Notes under the pieces: model-generated
Databases searched by the model: none
Seen by the model: the letters and a program-made list of their open reading frames with translations, nothing else
What the model was told of the DNA's origin: nothing
In this document: piece by piece, positions 15,889-24,000 of the stretch
Numbering within the stretch: the stretch's first letter is position 1
How the letters are laid out: each line of letters opens with the position of its first letter
NCBI RefSeq assembly: GCF_023008165.1
Contig: NZ_JAKQZA010000001.1
Location: 396,796-420,795 of the forward strand
DNA: 24,000 nt
Source: Kordiimonas laminariae
GTDB lineage: Bacteria; Pseudomonadota; Alphaproteobacteria; Sphingomonadales; Kordiimonadaceae
Direction of reading: 5' to 3'
Program-made: the position numbers and the translations under genes

Positions 15889-16014
15889 GGTCTTGGTATC
15901 CTCTAATATAATCAAATCTGTTTCAGGCCGGTCGCTGTCTCGCTGTCGTTGCCTGTTGAAATGAATATGCAGGTAAAGAACAAAACAATCCAACCGATTA
16001 AAATATATTCTGTA

Positions 16015-16029
16015 ATCGTTTTTAACGAT
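16015..16029. promoter_or_regulatory. LysR-type T-N11-A palindrome ATCG-N7-CGAT (candidate OxyR site) in the ahpC/oxyR divergent region
   Basis: atcgtttttaacgat was read directly. The same ATCG-N7-CGAT architecture occurs at 18707-18721 upstream of the catalase gene. Confidence 0.45.
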
Positions 16030-16125
16030 ATAATAACGAACCCATTGAATAGCTTGCGTTTCAGAAGTTTTCGAAACATAATCGACTGAATGAATTATAT
16101 AGATATTTTTTGATCGGACAGGTAA

Positions 16126-17022
16126 ATGAGCTTTCCTCCCACCTTAAAGCAGCTGCGCTATCTGGTAGCCCTTCATAAAACTAACCATTTTGGTCGTGCC
16201 GCGGAAAGCAGCCATGTGACCCAGTCAACCTTATCCGCTGGCCTGCAGGAACTTGAAAACCTGCTTGGCGCACAACTGGTGGAACGCACCAAAAGAAGCG
16301 TGATGTTCACAGCCCTTGGTGAAGAGGTAGTGGATCGTGCCCTCAAAATCCTGAACGATGTGGATGACCTCACTGACATGGCAGCATCCGCCAAAGACCC
16401 GCTCAAAGGTATTGTCCGCCTCGGTATTATCCCAACGATCGCCCCGTATCTACTGCCGAAGGTAATGCCTGCCCTGCAAAAAGAACTCCCAGACCTTGAG
16501 CTACACCTACGGGAAGATAAATCTGCTGATCTCTGTGACCTGATGCGCTCTGGCGAGCTGGATCTTGTTCTTTATGCGCTGCCGTTCGCATGTGGTGATG
16601 CCGCCGAAATGCCGCTCTTTTATGATGGTTTTGTCGCCGCTTTCCCCGAAGACACAGCTCCGGGCAAGGAAATCACAACAGCACAGCTTGATAACAGCAA
16701 TCTGCTGCTGCTTGAGGAAGGCCACTGCCTGCGCGACCACGCACTTGATGCCTGCCAGCTTGTTGGTAATCAGGCCCGCCGAGAACTTTCTGGCACCAGC
16801 CTGCCAACAATTCTACAAATGGTAGCAGCTGGCCACGGCACAACCTTACTGCCCCAGATGGCAGTGGATGCTGGCCTCACGGATAACGTAGGTGTGGATA
16901 TTGTGGAATTTAAAGATATTAACCCAACGCGTACCATTGGCCTCATTTGGCGGAAAACCAACCCACGGGCTGAAACTTTCAAAGCACTTGGTGAAGTGAT
17001 TAAAAACGCCTGGGTTCACTAA
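16126..17022 (+). CDS. oxyR: OxyR, LysR-family hydrogen-peroxide-sensing transcriptional regulator
   Basis: 298 aa. The N-terminal HTH reads LKQLRYLVALHKTNHFGRAAESSHVTQSTLSAGLQELE. The redox cysteine pair appears as EEGHCLRDHALDAC, with the spacing of E. coli C199/C208. It is divergent from ahpC. Confidence 0.92.
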   Translation: MSFPPTLKQLRYLVALHKTNHFGRAAESSHVTQSTLSAGLQELENLLGAQLVERTKRSVMFTALGEEVVDRALKILNDVDDLTDMAASAKDPLKGIVRLGIIPTIAPYLLPKVMPALQKELPDLELHLREDKSADLCDLMRSGELDLVLYALPFACGDAAEMPLFYDGFVAAFPEDTAPGKEITTAQLDNSNLLLLEEGHCLRDHALDACQLVGNQARRELSGTSLPTILQMVAAGHGTTLLPQMAVDAGLTDNVGVDIVEFKDINPTRTIGLIWRKTNPRAETFKALGEVIKNAWVH

Positions 17023-17042
17023 ACAAACACACCACATAAGAA

Positions 17043-17080
17043 AACCGCCAACCCTTGAGGAAACAACAGGGTTGGCGGTT
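17043..17080. terminator. bidirectional terminator hairpin between convergent oxyR and catalase genes
   Basis: A perfect 13 bp stem (aaccgccaaccct / agggttggcggtt) has a 12 nt loop. T-rich flanks are present in both orientations. Confidence 0.65.
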
Positions 17081-17086
17081 CTTTAA

Positions 17087-17118
17087 GGGTGCGGCAAATT
17101 CCAGACAGCTCCGCACCC
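17087..17118 (-). terminator. second hairpin directly downstream of the catalase stop
   Basis: An 8 bp stem (gggtgcgg/ccgcaccc) with a 16 nt loop sits in tandem with the 17043-17080 hairpin. Confidence 0.4.
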
Positions 17119-17140
17119 CTCCCGAGGATTTCTCGTTGAT

Positions 17141-18622
17141 TTAGGCCTTAAGGGCCTCAATCGCTTTTTTAACGCGTGCGGCATAATCTACATCCGCTGC
17201 TGCATACTGTTCCAGCATCCGCACTTGCGCACTTTCAGATGCCTGGCTTAGGCCACCTGCGATATTTTCAGCGAGCTGGTTCTTCTGATCTTCCGTCATG
17301 ATACGGAACAGTTCTCCAGCCTGCGTGAAGTTATCTTCATCGCGGCTTTCGTGGTAACCAACCCATGCATCTTCTTCAAGTGGCATTGGCGGCTCCATCA
17401 CTGATGGCTTCGGCACTGGTGCACCTTCTGCAGCCCGATCATTCGGGAAGAAGTTGGCACCGCTACCTTGGTTCGCCGCATGGCCAGTTACAGGGCATTT
17501 CACCATACCTGCCATCGCACCATCACGCTGATAGTGGTGCACAGGGCATTTCGGCGCATTCACAGGCAACTGCTGGTGGTTCACACCAACCCGGTAACGC
17601 TGCGCATCAGGATATGCCAGCAAGCGTGCCTGCAACATCTTATCAGGCGATGCGCCCACACCCGGCACAAGGTTTGACGGTGTGAAAGCAGATTGCTCTG
17701 TTTCCGCGAAATAGTTATCCACGTTGCGGTTCAGTTCCATTTTCCCAATCTCAATCAACGGGAAATCTGAATGCGGCCATACTTTCGTCAGGTCAAACGG
17801 GTTGTAGCGGTATGTTTTCGCTTCAGCCTCTGTCATGATCTGGATTTTCACAGTCCAGCTTGGGAAATCACCTGCATCAATCGAGTTCACCAAATCTTCC
17901 TGCGCACCATATGCAGGTAATCCTGCTGTTTCACTACCGCGCAGTGTTTTAATGCCTTGGTCGGTCTTCAGGTGGAATTTCACCCATACACGCTCGCCCT
18001 GATCATTCCAGAAACTAAGGGTGTGAGAACCGTAGCCGTTCATGTGGCGGTAGCTTGCTGGAATACCGCGGTCTGACATCAAAATGGTTGATTGGTGCAA
18101 AGACTGCGGGTGGTTCGCCCAATATTCAAACACCGCAGATGCATCTGGTGTGTTTGTACGGGGATTTTTCTTCTGGCTGTGTACAAAATCAGGGAACTTT
18201 GATGGATCACGCAGGAAGAATACAGGCGTGTTGTTACCAACAAGATCAAAATTACCTTCTTCTGTATAAAACTTCACAGCAAAACCGCGTGGATCACGGG
18301 CATAATCACTGCTGTCCTGACCGCCACCTACTGTGGAGAAACGAACGAACACCTCTGTTTCTTTGCCTTCGCCCTGAAGGAAGTTGGCGATGGTGTAATC
18401 ACTCAAATCTTTTGTAAGTGTGAATGTGCCGTATGCACCACTGCCGCGGGCGTGCACTACACGCTCAGGAATGCGTTCGCGGTTAAAGTGCGCCAGCTTT
18501 TCCATCAGGCGAAAATTATCAAAAGTTAGCGGGCCACGAGAGCCAGCTGAAATACTGTTATTATCATCAGCAACGGGAGCACCGTTCGCTGTAGTAAGAA
18601 TATTTGGAGTGTTTCCTGACAT
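17141..18622 (-). CDS. katA: monofunctional heme catalase (small-subunit, clade 3 type)
   Basis: 493 aa. The catalase signature is FNRERIPERVVHARGSGAYGTF, with VRFSTVGG and the proximal Tyr region RLLAYPDAQRYRVG. A GAGGA RBS is present. Confidence 0.95.
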   Translation of the reverse strand: MSGNTPNILTTANGAPVADDNNSISAGSRGPLTFDNFRLMEKLAHFNRERIPERVVHARGSGAYGTFTLTKDLSDYTIANFLQGEGKETEVFVRFSTVGGGQDSSDYARDPRGFAVKFYTEEGNFDLVGNNTPVFFLRDPSKFPDFVHSQKKNPRTNTPDASAVFEYWANHPQSLHQSTILMSDRGIPASYRHMNGYGSHTLSFWNDQGERVWVKFHLKTDQGIKTLRGSETAGLPAYGAQEDLVNSIDAGDFPSWTVKIQIMTEAEAKTYRYNPFDLTKVWPHSDFPLIEIGKMELNRNVDNYFAETEQSAFTPSNLVPGVGASPDKMLQARLLAYPDAQRYRVGVNHQQLPVNAPKCPVHHYQRDGAMAGMVKCPVTGHAANQGSGANFFPNDRAAEGAPVPKPSVMEPPMPLEEDAWVGYHESRDEDNFTQAGELFRIMTEDQKNQLAENIAGGLSQASESAQVRMLEQYAAADVDYAARVKKAIEALKA

Positions 18623-18706
18623 GGTCTCATCCTCTTGGTTTGTGTCTGTAAAACCAAGATATGCATAACCTATTAATTTCGCAAATTTATTAAATTTTAC
18701 ATTTCA

Positions 18707-18721
18707 ATCGATAAATACGAT
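18707..18721. promoter_or_regulatory. second ATCG-N7-CGAT (T-N11-A) box, central in the katA / DUF3137-like divergent intergenic region
   Basis: atcgataaatacgat was read directly. It lies 85 bp from the katA ATG and 92 bp from the ATG at 18813. Confidence 0.45.
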
Positions 18722-18812
18722 TAATTACCATCAAACTTAGAAAAGCCCTTTGTAACCGCCAGAGAAGCTTCTTATATAAACCTTATGGCATTCATTGCTA
18801 ATCGGGGGAAAT

Positions 18813-19841
18813 ATGGAAGCATCATCCGCTTCAAAGCCACATAACAAACGGCTTGAATCAATATTAATAGAAGTAAAACTAAGGGCGGAAGGAGCATCTT
18901 CCGATGATGAGCTAATCACAGCCATCAAGCGCTTAGAACAATTCCCACAGCCAGTTGCATACGATAACCGGCGCCTGAATATGTTCGCCAGCATTTTTGC
19001 AGCTTTATTTATACTCATCGGGGCAGCTCTGTATTTCATACAGATACCAGAAGAATACCTCTTCGTCCCGCTCGGCGGTTTAGTTTTGGTTTTGGTCATA
19101 TACGGCAGTTTCTGGCACCAACGCAGAGCTAGCTTTGATAAACTATCTGACCGTATCCATTTTCGCAGCACGCTTTTTGATTATAACCTGCAAGAAATAA
19201 GAGTTCATGCACCGGATAAAGCCAAGGAGCTGGCGGGTCGTTTCACTTCTTTCAGGAAAGGAAACCACCAGCGCCTGATTGAACAGTGGTTGGAAGGTAA
19301 GCATGAAGGCGAAGAAAATAGCTTCAACTATAATTATTATCATTTCCATTATGTAGACCGCCGCCGTGTAACAACCACGGACAGTAAAGGGAATGTAAGA
19401 ACAAAAACCGTATATGATCATCATCACCGTTATGGTTTCATCGTACCGTTCAAATACGCCCGCAATATAGATATCGCCGAAAAATACCTGAAATTGTTCC
19501 AGACTGGCTATAAAACCAGCTCCATCAGTTTCAACAAAAAGTTTTCCGTGAATTTTGACAGCGAAATGGAAGTTGTGAAATTCCTGAAACCCGCAGTGCT
19601 TCAGGCAATTGAAGCAACCGGCGATGCGCTTAGTGAAATAGTGCTTGAATTCAACGGCAGTGGTGATCTGTGCTTTTCCTTCGGCAATAACGACACCATA
19701 CGGATAAACAGGGAATTCAGCCTGAAACAACCCAAAGAATTTGCAGCAGAGATTGAGGGCAAAGCCAACCAGCCAAGGCTTACTGCCGCTCTCGCATTCA
19801 TAGAAAAACTGATGAAATATTCAGATGATAATTTTAGCTAA
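18813..19841 (+). CDS. two-TM membrane protein, DUF3137-like (uncharacterised; typical LemA neighbour)
   Basis: The track ORF (TTG at 18795) is trimmed to ATG 18813, which has a GGGGGA RBS. Two TM helices are present (MFASIFAALFILIGAALYFIQIP and LFVPLGGLVLVLVIYGSFW). The C-terminal region FNKKFSVNFDSEMEVVKFLKPAVLQAIEA resembles the DUF3137 core motif from memory. It ends 24 nt upstream of lemA. Confidence 0.6.
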   Translation: MEASSASKPHNKRLESILIEVKLRAEGASSDDELITAIKRLEQFPQPVAYDNRRLNMFASIFAALFILIGAALYFIQIPEEYLFVPLGGLVLVLVIYGSFWHQRRASFDKLSDRIHFRSTLFDYNLQEIRVHAPDKAKELAGRFTSFRKGNHQRLIEQWLEGKHEGEENSFNYNYYHFHYVDRRRVTTTDSKGNVRTKTVYDHHHRYGFIVPFKYARNIDIAEKYLKLFQTGYKTSSISFNKKFSVNFDSEMEVVKFLKPAVLQAIEATGDALSEIVLEFNGSGDLCFSFGNNDTIRINREFSLKQPKEFAAEIEGKANQPRLTAALAFIEKLMKYSDDNFS

Positions 19842-19865
19842 TTTACCCACAGGGAAGGCATAAAC

Positions 19866-20441
19866 ATGGACCCAACACTCTTTATATGGCTACTAATTCC
19901 AGCCGTTTTGATAATCAGCTTTATCATCATCAACAACGGCATTATCCGCCGGAAAAACATGGTGGTACGCGCATGGTCGGATGTCATCACATACGAACGG
20001 CAGAAAAATAAAACGCTGCCTGAACTTGAACGTGTTGCGAGCCAATATCAAGAACATGAAGCAAAGCTGCTAGAGGAAATCACAGCTCTCAGAAGTACGC
20101 TTGCTCGCGCGAACACCAGCGATGTAGACACAAGCCAACTGGCACAAATTGAAGCCCGCACCCAAAGCATGCTTGGCAGCTTTAATATTGCTATGGAAGC
20201 CTACCCGAACCTGGAGATGGCTGGTGTTACCAAAGGATTGATGAAAGAGATTTCCGAACTGCAGGATAACATCTCGGCAGCTATCAGCATCTTTAACGGT
20301 AATGTAGAAGCCTTCAACAGTGGCATTCAGGTGTTCCCGAACAGCTTTGTGAACGGTATGGGCGGCAAACAAACACCATACAAACCATTCACCAACGCTG
20401 AAGCTGTTGAAACTATTGGTTTCACACTTGAGCAGGAATAA
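19866..20441 (+). CDS. lemA: LemA family protein
   Basis: 191 aa. A single N-terminal TM is followed by NNGIIRRKNMVVRAWSDVITYERQKNKTLPELERVASQYQEHEAKLLEEITALRS...MEAYPNLEMAG...ISAAISIFNGNVEAFNSGIQVFPNSFV, the typical LemA pattern. A GGAAGG RBS is present. Confidence 0.88.
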   Translation: MDPTLFIWLLIPAVLIISFIIINNGIIRRKNMVVRAWSDVITYERQKNKTLPELERVASQYQEHEAKLLEEITALRSTLARANTSDVDTSQLAQIEARTQSMLGSFNIAMEAYPNLEMAGVTKGLMKEISELQDNISAAISIFNGNVEAFNSGIQVFPNSFVNGMGGKQTPYKPFTNAEAVETIGFTLEQE

Positions 20442-20444
20442 TGC

Positions 20445-21440
20445 TCAGCGGCGGAAAATTGTTTGCTGAACATTACCTTTGTGGGGGCCGGAATAATAAC
20501 TGTTCCGGCCAATCGCCTCAAACCCCAGTTTTTCCAGGATACGAATAGACGCCTCATTACCGTCCAGCACTCGCGCGAAAAGTGGCTGGCGCCGCATCGC
20601 CTTAGGCTGAGCCTGCAACAGCATTGCCACCGCCCGTCCTGCAATCCCCTGCCCCCAGAATTTGCGGTCAATCCAGTACCCAAGCACCATCTCTCCCGCC
20701 TGTGTAGGAGAAAGATCAACATACCCCGCGCGCTCACCGTTCTTTCTTATGAGAAACACATAGGCACCACTTTGAGGATTAGCTAAATCGTCCTGCATGG
20801 CTTTCACAAAGCTGGCTTTATCAATCATTTCACCCGCGATCCCTGCCATAAGCAGAGCCTCCGGGTCTTCATTCAGACTGTAAATCCATTCAATATCAGC
20901 AACTGTTTCAAAACGGGCAAGCATAACTCCGTCAGGGTCAGCCGGATGCGGATACCGAACCTTCATACTTGGATATGCTGCATTCCTTGAAACAGATTGC
21001 ACCATCTCAATGCTATCAAACACAAACCCAAGCTTTTGAAGCACACGCCCGGATGCCGGATTATCCTTCCCGTACCTTGCTGTGATAGAACGCCTCGGTT
21101 CCAGTTGCTGTGCCAATTTCAAAAGTGCCTGCGCAGCCTCGGTTGCATAGCCTTTCCCCCGATGATCAGCACCAATGAAATACCCAATTTCCCATTCATC
21201 TTTTGGATTGATGAACAAAACACCGCTGCCCACAAGCACGTCACCATCATAAATACCGCGCTGAAACATGTTAAACAAAAGCCGCTCATCCCTACCGCGG
21301 CTAATAAGCCTTTCCTTGGCAAAATCCAACGTTACCGGATGCGGGATTGTACTGCTGTTCCGCGCTACAAGCGGATCATTCAGCTGTTCATGGAACGCTT
21401 CCAAATCATTCAACATTATGGATTTCAGGCGTATGGGCAT
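20445..21440 (-). CDS. tandem-domain GNAT family N-acetyltransferase (two RimJ/RimL-like GNAT domains)
   Basis: 331 aa. Domain 1 carries the acetyl-CoA motif HRGKGYATEAAQALLKLA plus NPASGRVLQKLGF. Domain 2 carries FWGQGIAGRAVAMLLQ plus NEASIRILEKLGF. Its stop lies only 3 nt from the convergent lemA stop. Confidence 0.85.
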   Translation of the reverse strand: MPIRLKSIMLNDLEAFHEQLNDPLVARNSSTIPHPVTLDFAKERLISRGRDERLLFNMFQRGIYDGDVLVGSGVLFINPKDEWEIGYFIGADHRGKGYATEAAQALLKLAQQLEPRRSITARYGKDNPASGRVLQKLGFVFDSIEMVQSVSRNAAYPSMKVRYPHPADPDGVMLARFETVADIEWIYSLNEDPEALLMAGIAGEMIDKASFVKAMQDDLANPQSGAYVFLIRKNGERAGYVDLSPTQAGEMVLGYWIDRKFWGQGIAGRAVAMLLQAQPKAMRRQPLFARVLDGNEASIRILEKLGFEAIGRNSYYSGPHKGNVQQTIFRR

Positions 21441-21598
21441 AAAGTTCTTAATCTAAATAAGAGTACCTAACAGTACATAAGTTAGTTTGAATTTTGCAAA
21501 CTTTAAACTTTAACGGGCAGGTAACCATTACTATATACCAACACAGGGTATAATATTACACCTAAAAAGAGCTTTTATTCTAAATTCCAACAATACTT

Positions 21599-22582
21599 AT
21601 GAGTTCATTTATGACAATTGATCAAGAACTATTTAAACAAAAAGCTTACGATGTATTTTTCCCAAAATATAAGTCAAAACTGCCGTTTTTTGAGAAAAAT
21701 GAAGTTAAACTCGCTCACTACACTTCAGCAGGCACAGCATATGAAATAATTAAAAATGAGGAAATATGGCTAAGAAATACAAATTACATGAACGATCATG
21801 ATGAAGTTAATCATGGTTTGAAATGCTTACATAATATCTTGAGTAGCACAGAAGTTTTAAACTTCTTCAAAGATACTCTTAATTCAATATCACCAGGTAT
21901 ATTTAATGAAACAACCCAACGCTTTGATAGAATGGCACCCTACTTAAACCAAGAAACATACATATCGTGTTTTTCCGAACACGACCCTGTCAGTGAAAAT
22001 GATCTTGGGCGACTTTCAATGTGGAGAGCCTACGGTGGCAACTCAGGTGTATCGATAATATTTAATACTGGGCCATTCTTTTCCGAAAGTAATAGTACAA
22101 AGGCATTATCATTTTTGGTTGATTATGAAAAAACAAGCTCCCTAAAAGGCCATCTCCTTCAAACCTTACATAGGCTGCAAGAAGAGAGGGAATACTTTTC
22201 ATCGATACCTAAAGAGCGTTTGATTGACACTATACTAATGTATCTTTTAAGCTTTCCATTGGCGATCAAACATCCTGGTTTCCAAGAAGAAAAAGAACTG
22301 AGAATAGTATATAATCCAGCGGTACTTGTATCAGACAAACTAATAGCAGATACTGTGACTCTTGATGACATTCCCCAAAAAATTTATAAAATTCCTTTGA
22401 AAGACTACCCTGAAGAAGGCTTCATTGGTGCGACACCAAAAGACATCATCAATCGTATTATTATTGGCCCAAGTCACCACGCCACTTCTTTAAAGAAAAC
22501 ATTCATCGAACTTCTTCAAAATAAAGGAGTAGAAAATGCTGAAACAAAAGTAGTGTGCTCTGACATACCTTTGAGGACATAA
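21599..22582 (+). CDS. DUF2971-like hypothetical protein on an AT-rich islet
   Basis: 327 aa. Three motifs match the DUF2971 pattern as I remember it: KLAHYTSAGTAYEIIKNEEIWLRNTNYMNDHDE, LSMWRAYGGNSGVSIIF and HPGFQEEKELRIVY. The gene is visibly more AT-rich than its flanks. A perfect TATAAT lies about 40 nt upstream. An alternative ATG is at 21611. Confidence 0.65.
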   Translation: MSSFMTIDQELFKQKAYDVFFPKYKSKLPFFEKNEVKLAHYTSAGTAYEIIKNEEIWLRNTNYMNDHDEVNHGLKCLHNILSSTEVLNFFKDTLNSISPGIFNETTQRFDRMAPYLNQETYISCFSEHDPVSENDLGRLSMWRAYGGNSGVSIIFNTGPFFSESNSTKALSFLVDYEKTSSLKGHLLQTLHRLQEEREYFSSIPKERLIDTILMYLLSFPLAIKHPGFQEEKELRIVYNPAVLVSDKLIADTVTLDDIPQKIYKIPLKDYPEEGFIGATPKDIINRIIIGPSHHATSLKKTFIELLQNKGVENAETKVVCSDIPLRT

Positions 22583-22659
22583 ACACCCTTGCCGCAACCA
22601 CTCTTCTGTGGCTTATTGTGGCTTCTGTATTTGGTAATTTCTCACATGGGGATTTTTGG

Positions 22660-24000
22660 ATGTCTCAGTCTTCTGACAGCACCCTCGACTTGCTTGATGA
22701 TCTGGTAAAAGCAGCGCTTAAAGGCGGTGCAGATGCAGCCGATGCGGTTGCCGTTGATGCACGCTCAAAAGGGGTTTCCTGGCGTGAAGGCCAGATGGAA
22801 GATGTTGAAGGCTCTGAAGGCGAAGATATTGGTCTCCGTGTGATGATCGGCAAACAGCAGGCGATGGTTTCCACCAGCAACCGCAGCACGGGCAACCTGA
22901 AAGAAGTGGTTGAGCGCACGCTTGCTATGGCACGCGCAGTGCCGGAAGACCAATATTGTGGTTTGGCACCCGAAGATAAACTTCACACAGGCCCATTTGC
23001 TGAGCTTGACCTGTATGATGATACGGAAGTATCCGCCGAACAACTGGCGGAAATTGCCCGTGAAGCCGAGGAAGCAACCCGCGCTGTTGAGGGTGTAACC
23101 ACATCACCGGGCGCTGGTGCATCAGCCAGCAGTTGGGCGATTGACCTGGTGACCAGCCACGGCTTTGCAGGCCACTATAAAGGCTCTAGTTTTTCATCCA
23201 GTGTTTCTGCGGTTGCTGGCGAAGGCACCGGCATGGAACGAGATTATGATTTCACATCAACCCGCCATTTTGCTGATCTTGAAAGTGCCGCTGCTATTGG
23301 TACAAAAGCGGGTGAACTTGCCGTAAAACGCCTGAACCCAACCAAAGCGGAAAGCGGTCAGAAACCACTTGTATTCAGCCCACGTGTTGCAAACTCACTA
23401 CTTGGGCATTTTGCAGGTGCTATTTCAGGCGGCGCTGTCGCGCGCGGCACCAGCTTTCTGAAAGACCGGCTTGGTGAAGCCGTCTTCGCAGACGGCGTTA
23501 CCATTGTGGATAACCCGCTGATGAAACGTGGGCTTTCAAGCAAACTTTTTGATGGTGAAGGCGTAAGGGTTCAAAAAATGAACCTCGTTGAAAGCGGTAC
23601 ACTGAAAACATGGACACTGAACAGTGCCACCGCACGCCAGCTTGAAATGGAAGTAACAGGCCATGCATCACGCGGCACATCTTCCGCCCCCGGCATTGGC
23701 ACCACCAACCTTTATATGGAAGCTGGTACCCTTTCCCCTGAAAAACTGATGGCTGATATCGCTGACGGCATTTATATCACCGAGCTTATTGGCATGGGTG
23801 TAAACGGCGTAACAGGTGACTATAGCCGCGGTGCATCTGGTTTCATGATCAAAAACGGCGAGATCACCGAAAGCGTGAGCGAATTTACAATTGCTGGCAA
23901 TCTTAAGGATATGTTCATGGCTCTTGTGCCAGCATCAGACCTTGAGTTTAAATACGGTGCCAACGCCCCAACCGTTCGTATTGACGGTATGATGGTAGCG
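22660..24000 (+). CDS. pmbA: PmbA/TldE metalloprotease-family protein (TldD/PmbA family), N-terminal 447 codons; continues past the window
   Basis: Manual translation from ATG 22660 gives MSQSSDSTLDLLDDLVKAALKGGADAADAVAVDARSKGVSWREGQMEDVEGSEGEDIGLRVMIGKQQAMVSTS...GIYITELIGMGVNGVTGDYSRGASGFMIKNGEI...TIAGNL. The frame is open to 24000. It is not in the ORF track because no stop is reached. Confidence 0.88.
   Translation, partial: MSQSSDSTLDLLDDLVKAALKGGADAADAVAVDARSKGVSWREGQMEDVEGSEGEDIGLRVMIGKQQAMVSTSNRSTGNLKEVVERTLAMARAVPEDQYCGLAPEDKLHTGPFAELDLYDDTEVSAEQLAEIAREAEEATRAVEGVTTSPGAGASASSWAIDLVTSHGFAGHYKGSSFSSSVSAVAGEGTGMERDYDFTSTRHFADLESAAAIGTKAGELAVKRLNPTKAESGQKPLVFSPRVANSLLGHFAGAISGGAVARGTSFLKDRLGEAVFADGVTIVDNPLMKRGLSSKLFDGEGVRVQKMNLVESGTLKTWTLNSATARQLEMEVTGHASRGTSSAPGIGTTNLYMEAGTLSPEKLMADIADGIYITELIGMGVNGVTGDYSRGASGFMIKNGEITESVSEFTIAGNLKDMFMALVPASDLEFKYGANAPTVRIDGMMVA

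Noticed and set aside
15482-15964. 160-aa plus-strand ORF antisense to ahpC
   Set aside because: It is a Ser/Arg-rich shadow frame of a highly conserved gene on the opposite strand.
15889-15993. 35-codon N-terminal extension of ahpC in the track ORF
   Set aside because: The extension (MDCFVLYLHIHFNRQRQRDS...) is not peroxiredoxin-like. The internal ATG at 15888 has a GAGGA RBS and gives the canonical AhpC N-terminus.
1-24000. CRISPR arrays, IS elements, integrases, prophage genes, toxin-antitoxin pairs
   Set aside because: No regularly spaced direct repeats were seen. None of the ORFs has transposase, integrase or recombinase motifs, and there are no small paired ORFs typical of TA modules. 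The GNAT gene is a 331-aa tandem enzyme without an adjacent RHH or DUF1778-type antitoxin.

Overview
This looks like a chromosomal window from an alphaproteobacterium-like genome, judged from Cpa/Tad gene order and protein motifs. No organism can be assigned without a search. There are four blocks. (1) A partial alpha/beta hydrolase sits at the left edge (minus strand, absent from the ORF track because it runs off the window). (2) A complete Tad/Flp type IVc pilus locus spans about 919-14133 as two plus-strand units. The first is tadG(vWA)-tadE-tadF-like and the second is flp-cpaA-cpaB-cpaC-cpaD-cpaE-cpaF-tadB-tadC. A stand-alone Rieske non-heme-iron oxygenase gene with its own promoter and palindromic operator lies between them, followed by a 440 bp AT-rich flp leader. 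(3) A compact peroxide-stress cluster follows: ahpD<-ahpC <> oxyR -> <- catalase. (4) An accessory-looking tail holds a two-TM DUF3137-like gene plus lemA (divergent from the catalase), a tandem-GNAT acetyltransferase, an AT-rich single-gene islet encoding a DUF2971-like protein, and the 5' part of pmbA/tldE. I found no CRISPR array, tRNA/rRNA, transposase or integrase. The most interesting unexplained signals are these: a three-hairpin candidate sRNA (or structured 3'UTR) ending in a clean intrinsic terminator between tadC and ahpD; an identical ATCG-N7-CGAT (T-N11-A) box in both the ahpC/oxyR and katA/DUF3137 divergent promoter regions, which would place the uncharacterised DUF3137-LemA pair in the OxyR regulon; the low-GC DUF2971 islet; and the oxygenase insertion with perfect palindromes in the tad locus. 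All family assignments come from motif recognition by eye and need HMM or BLAST confirmation.
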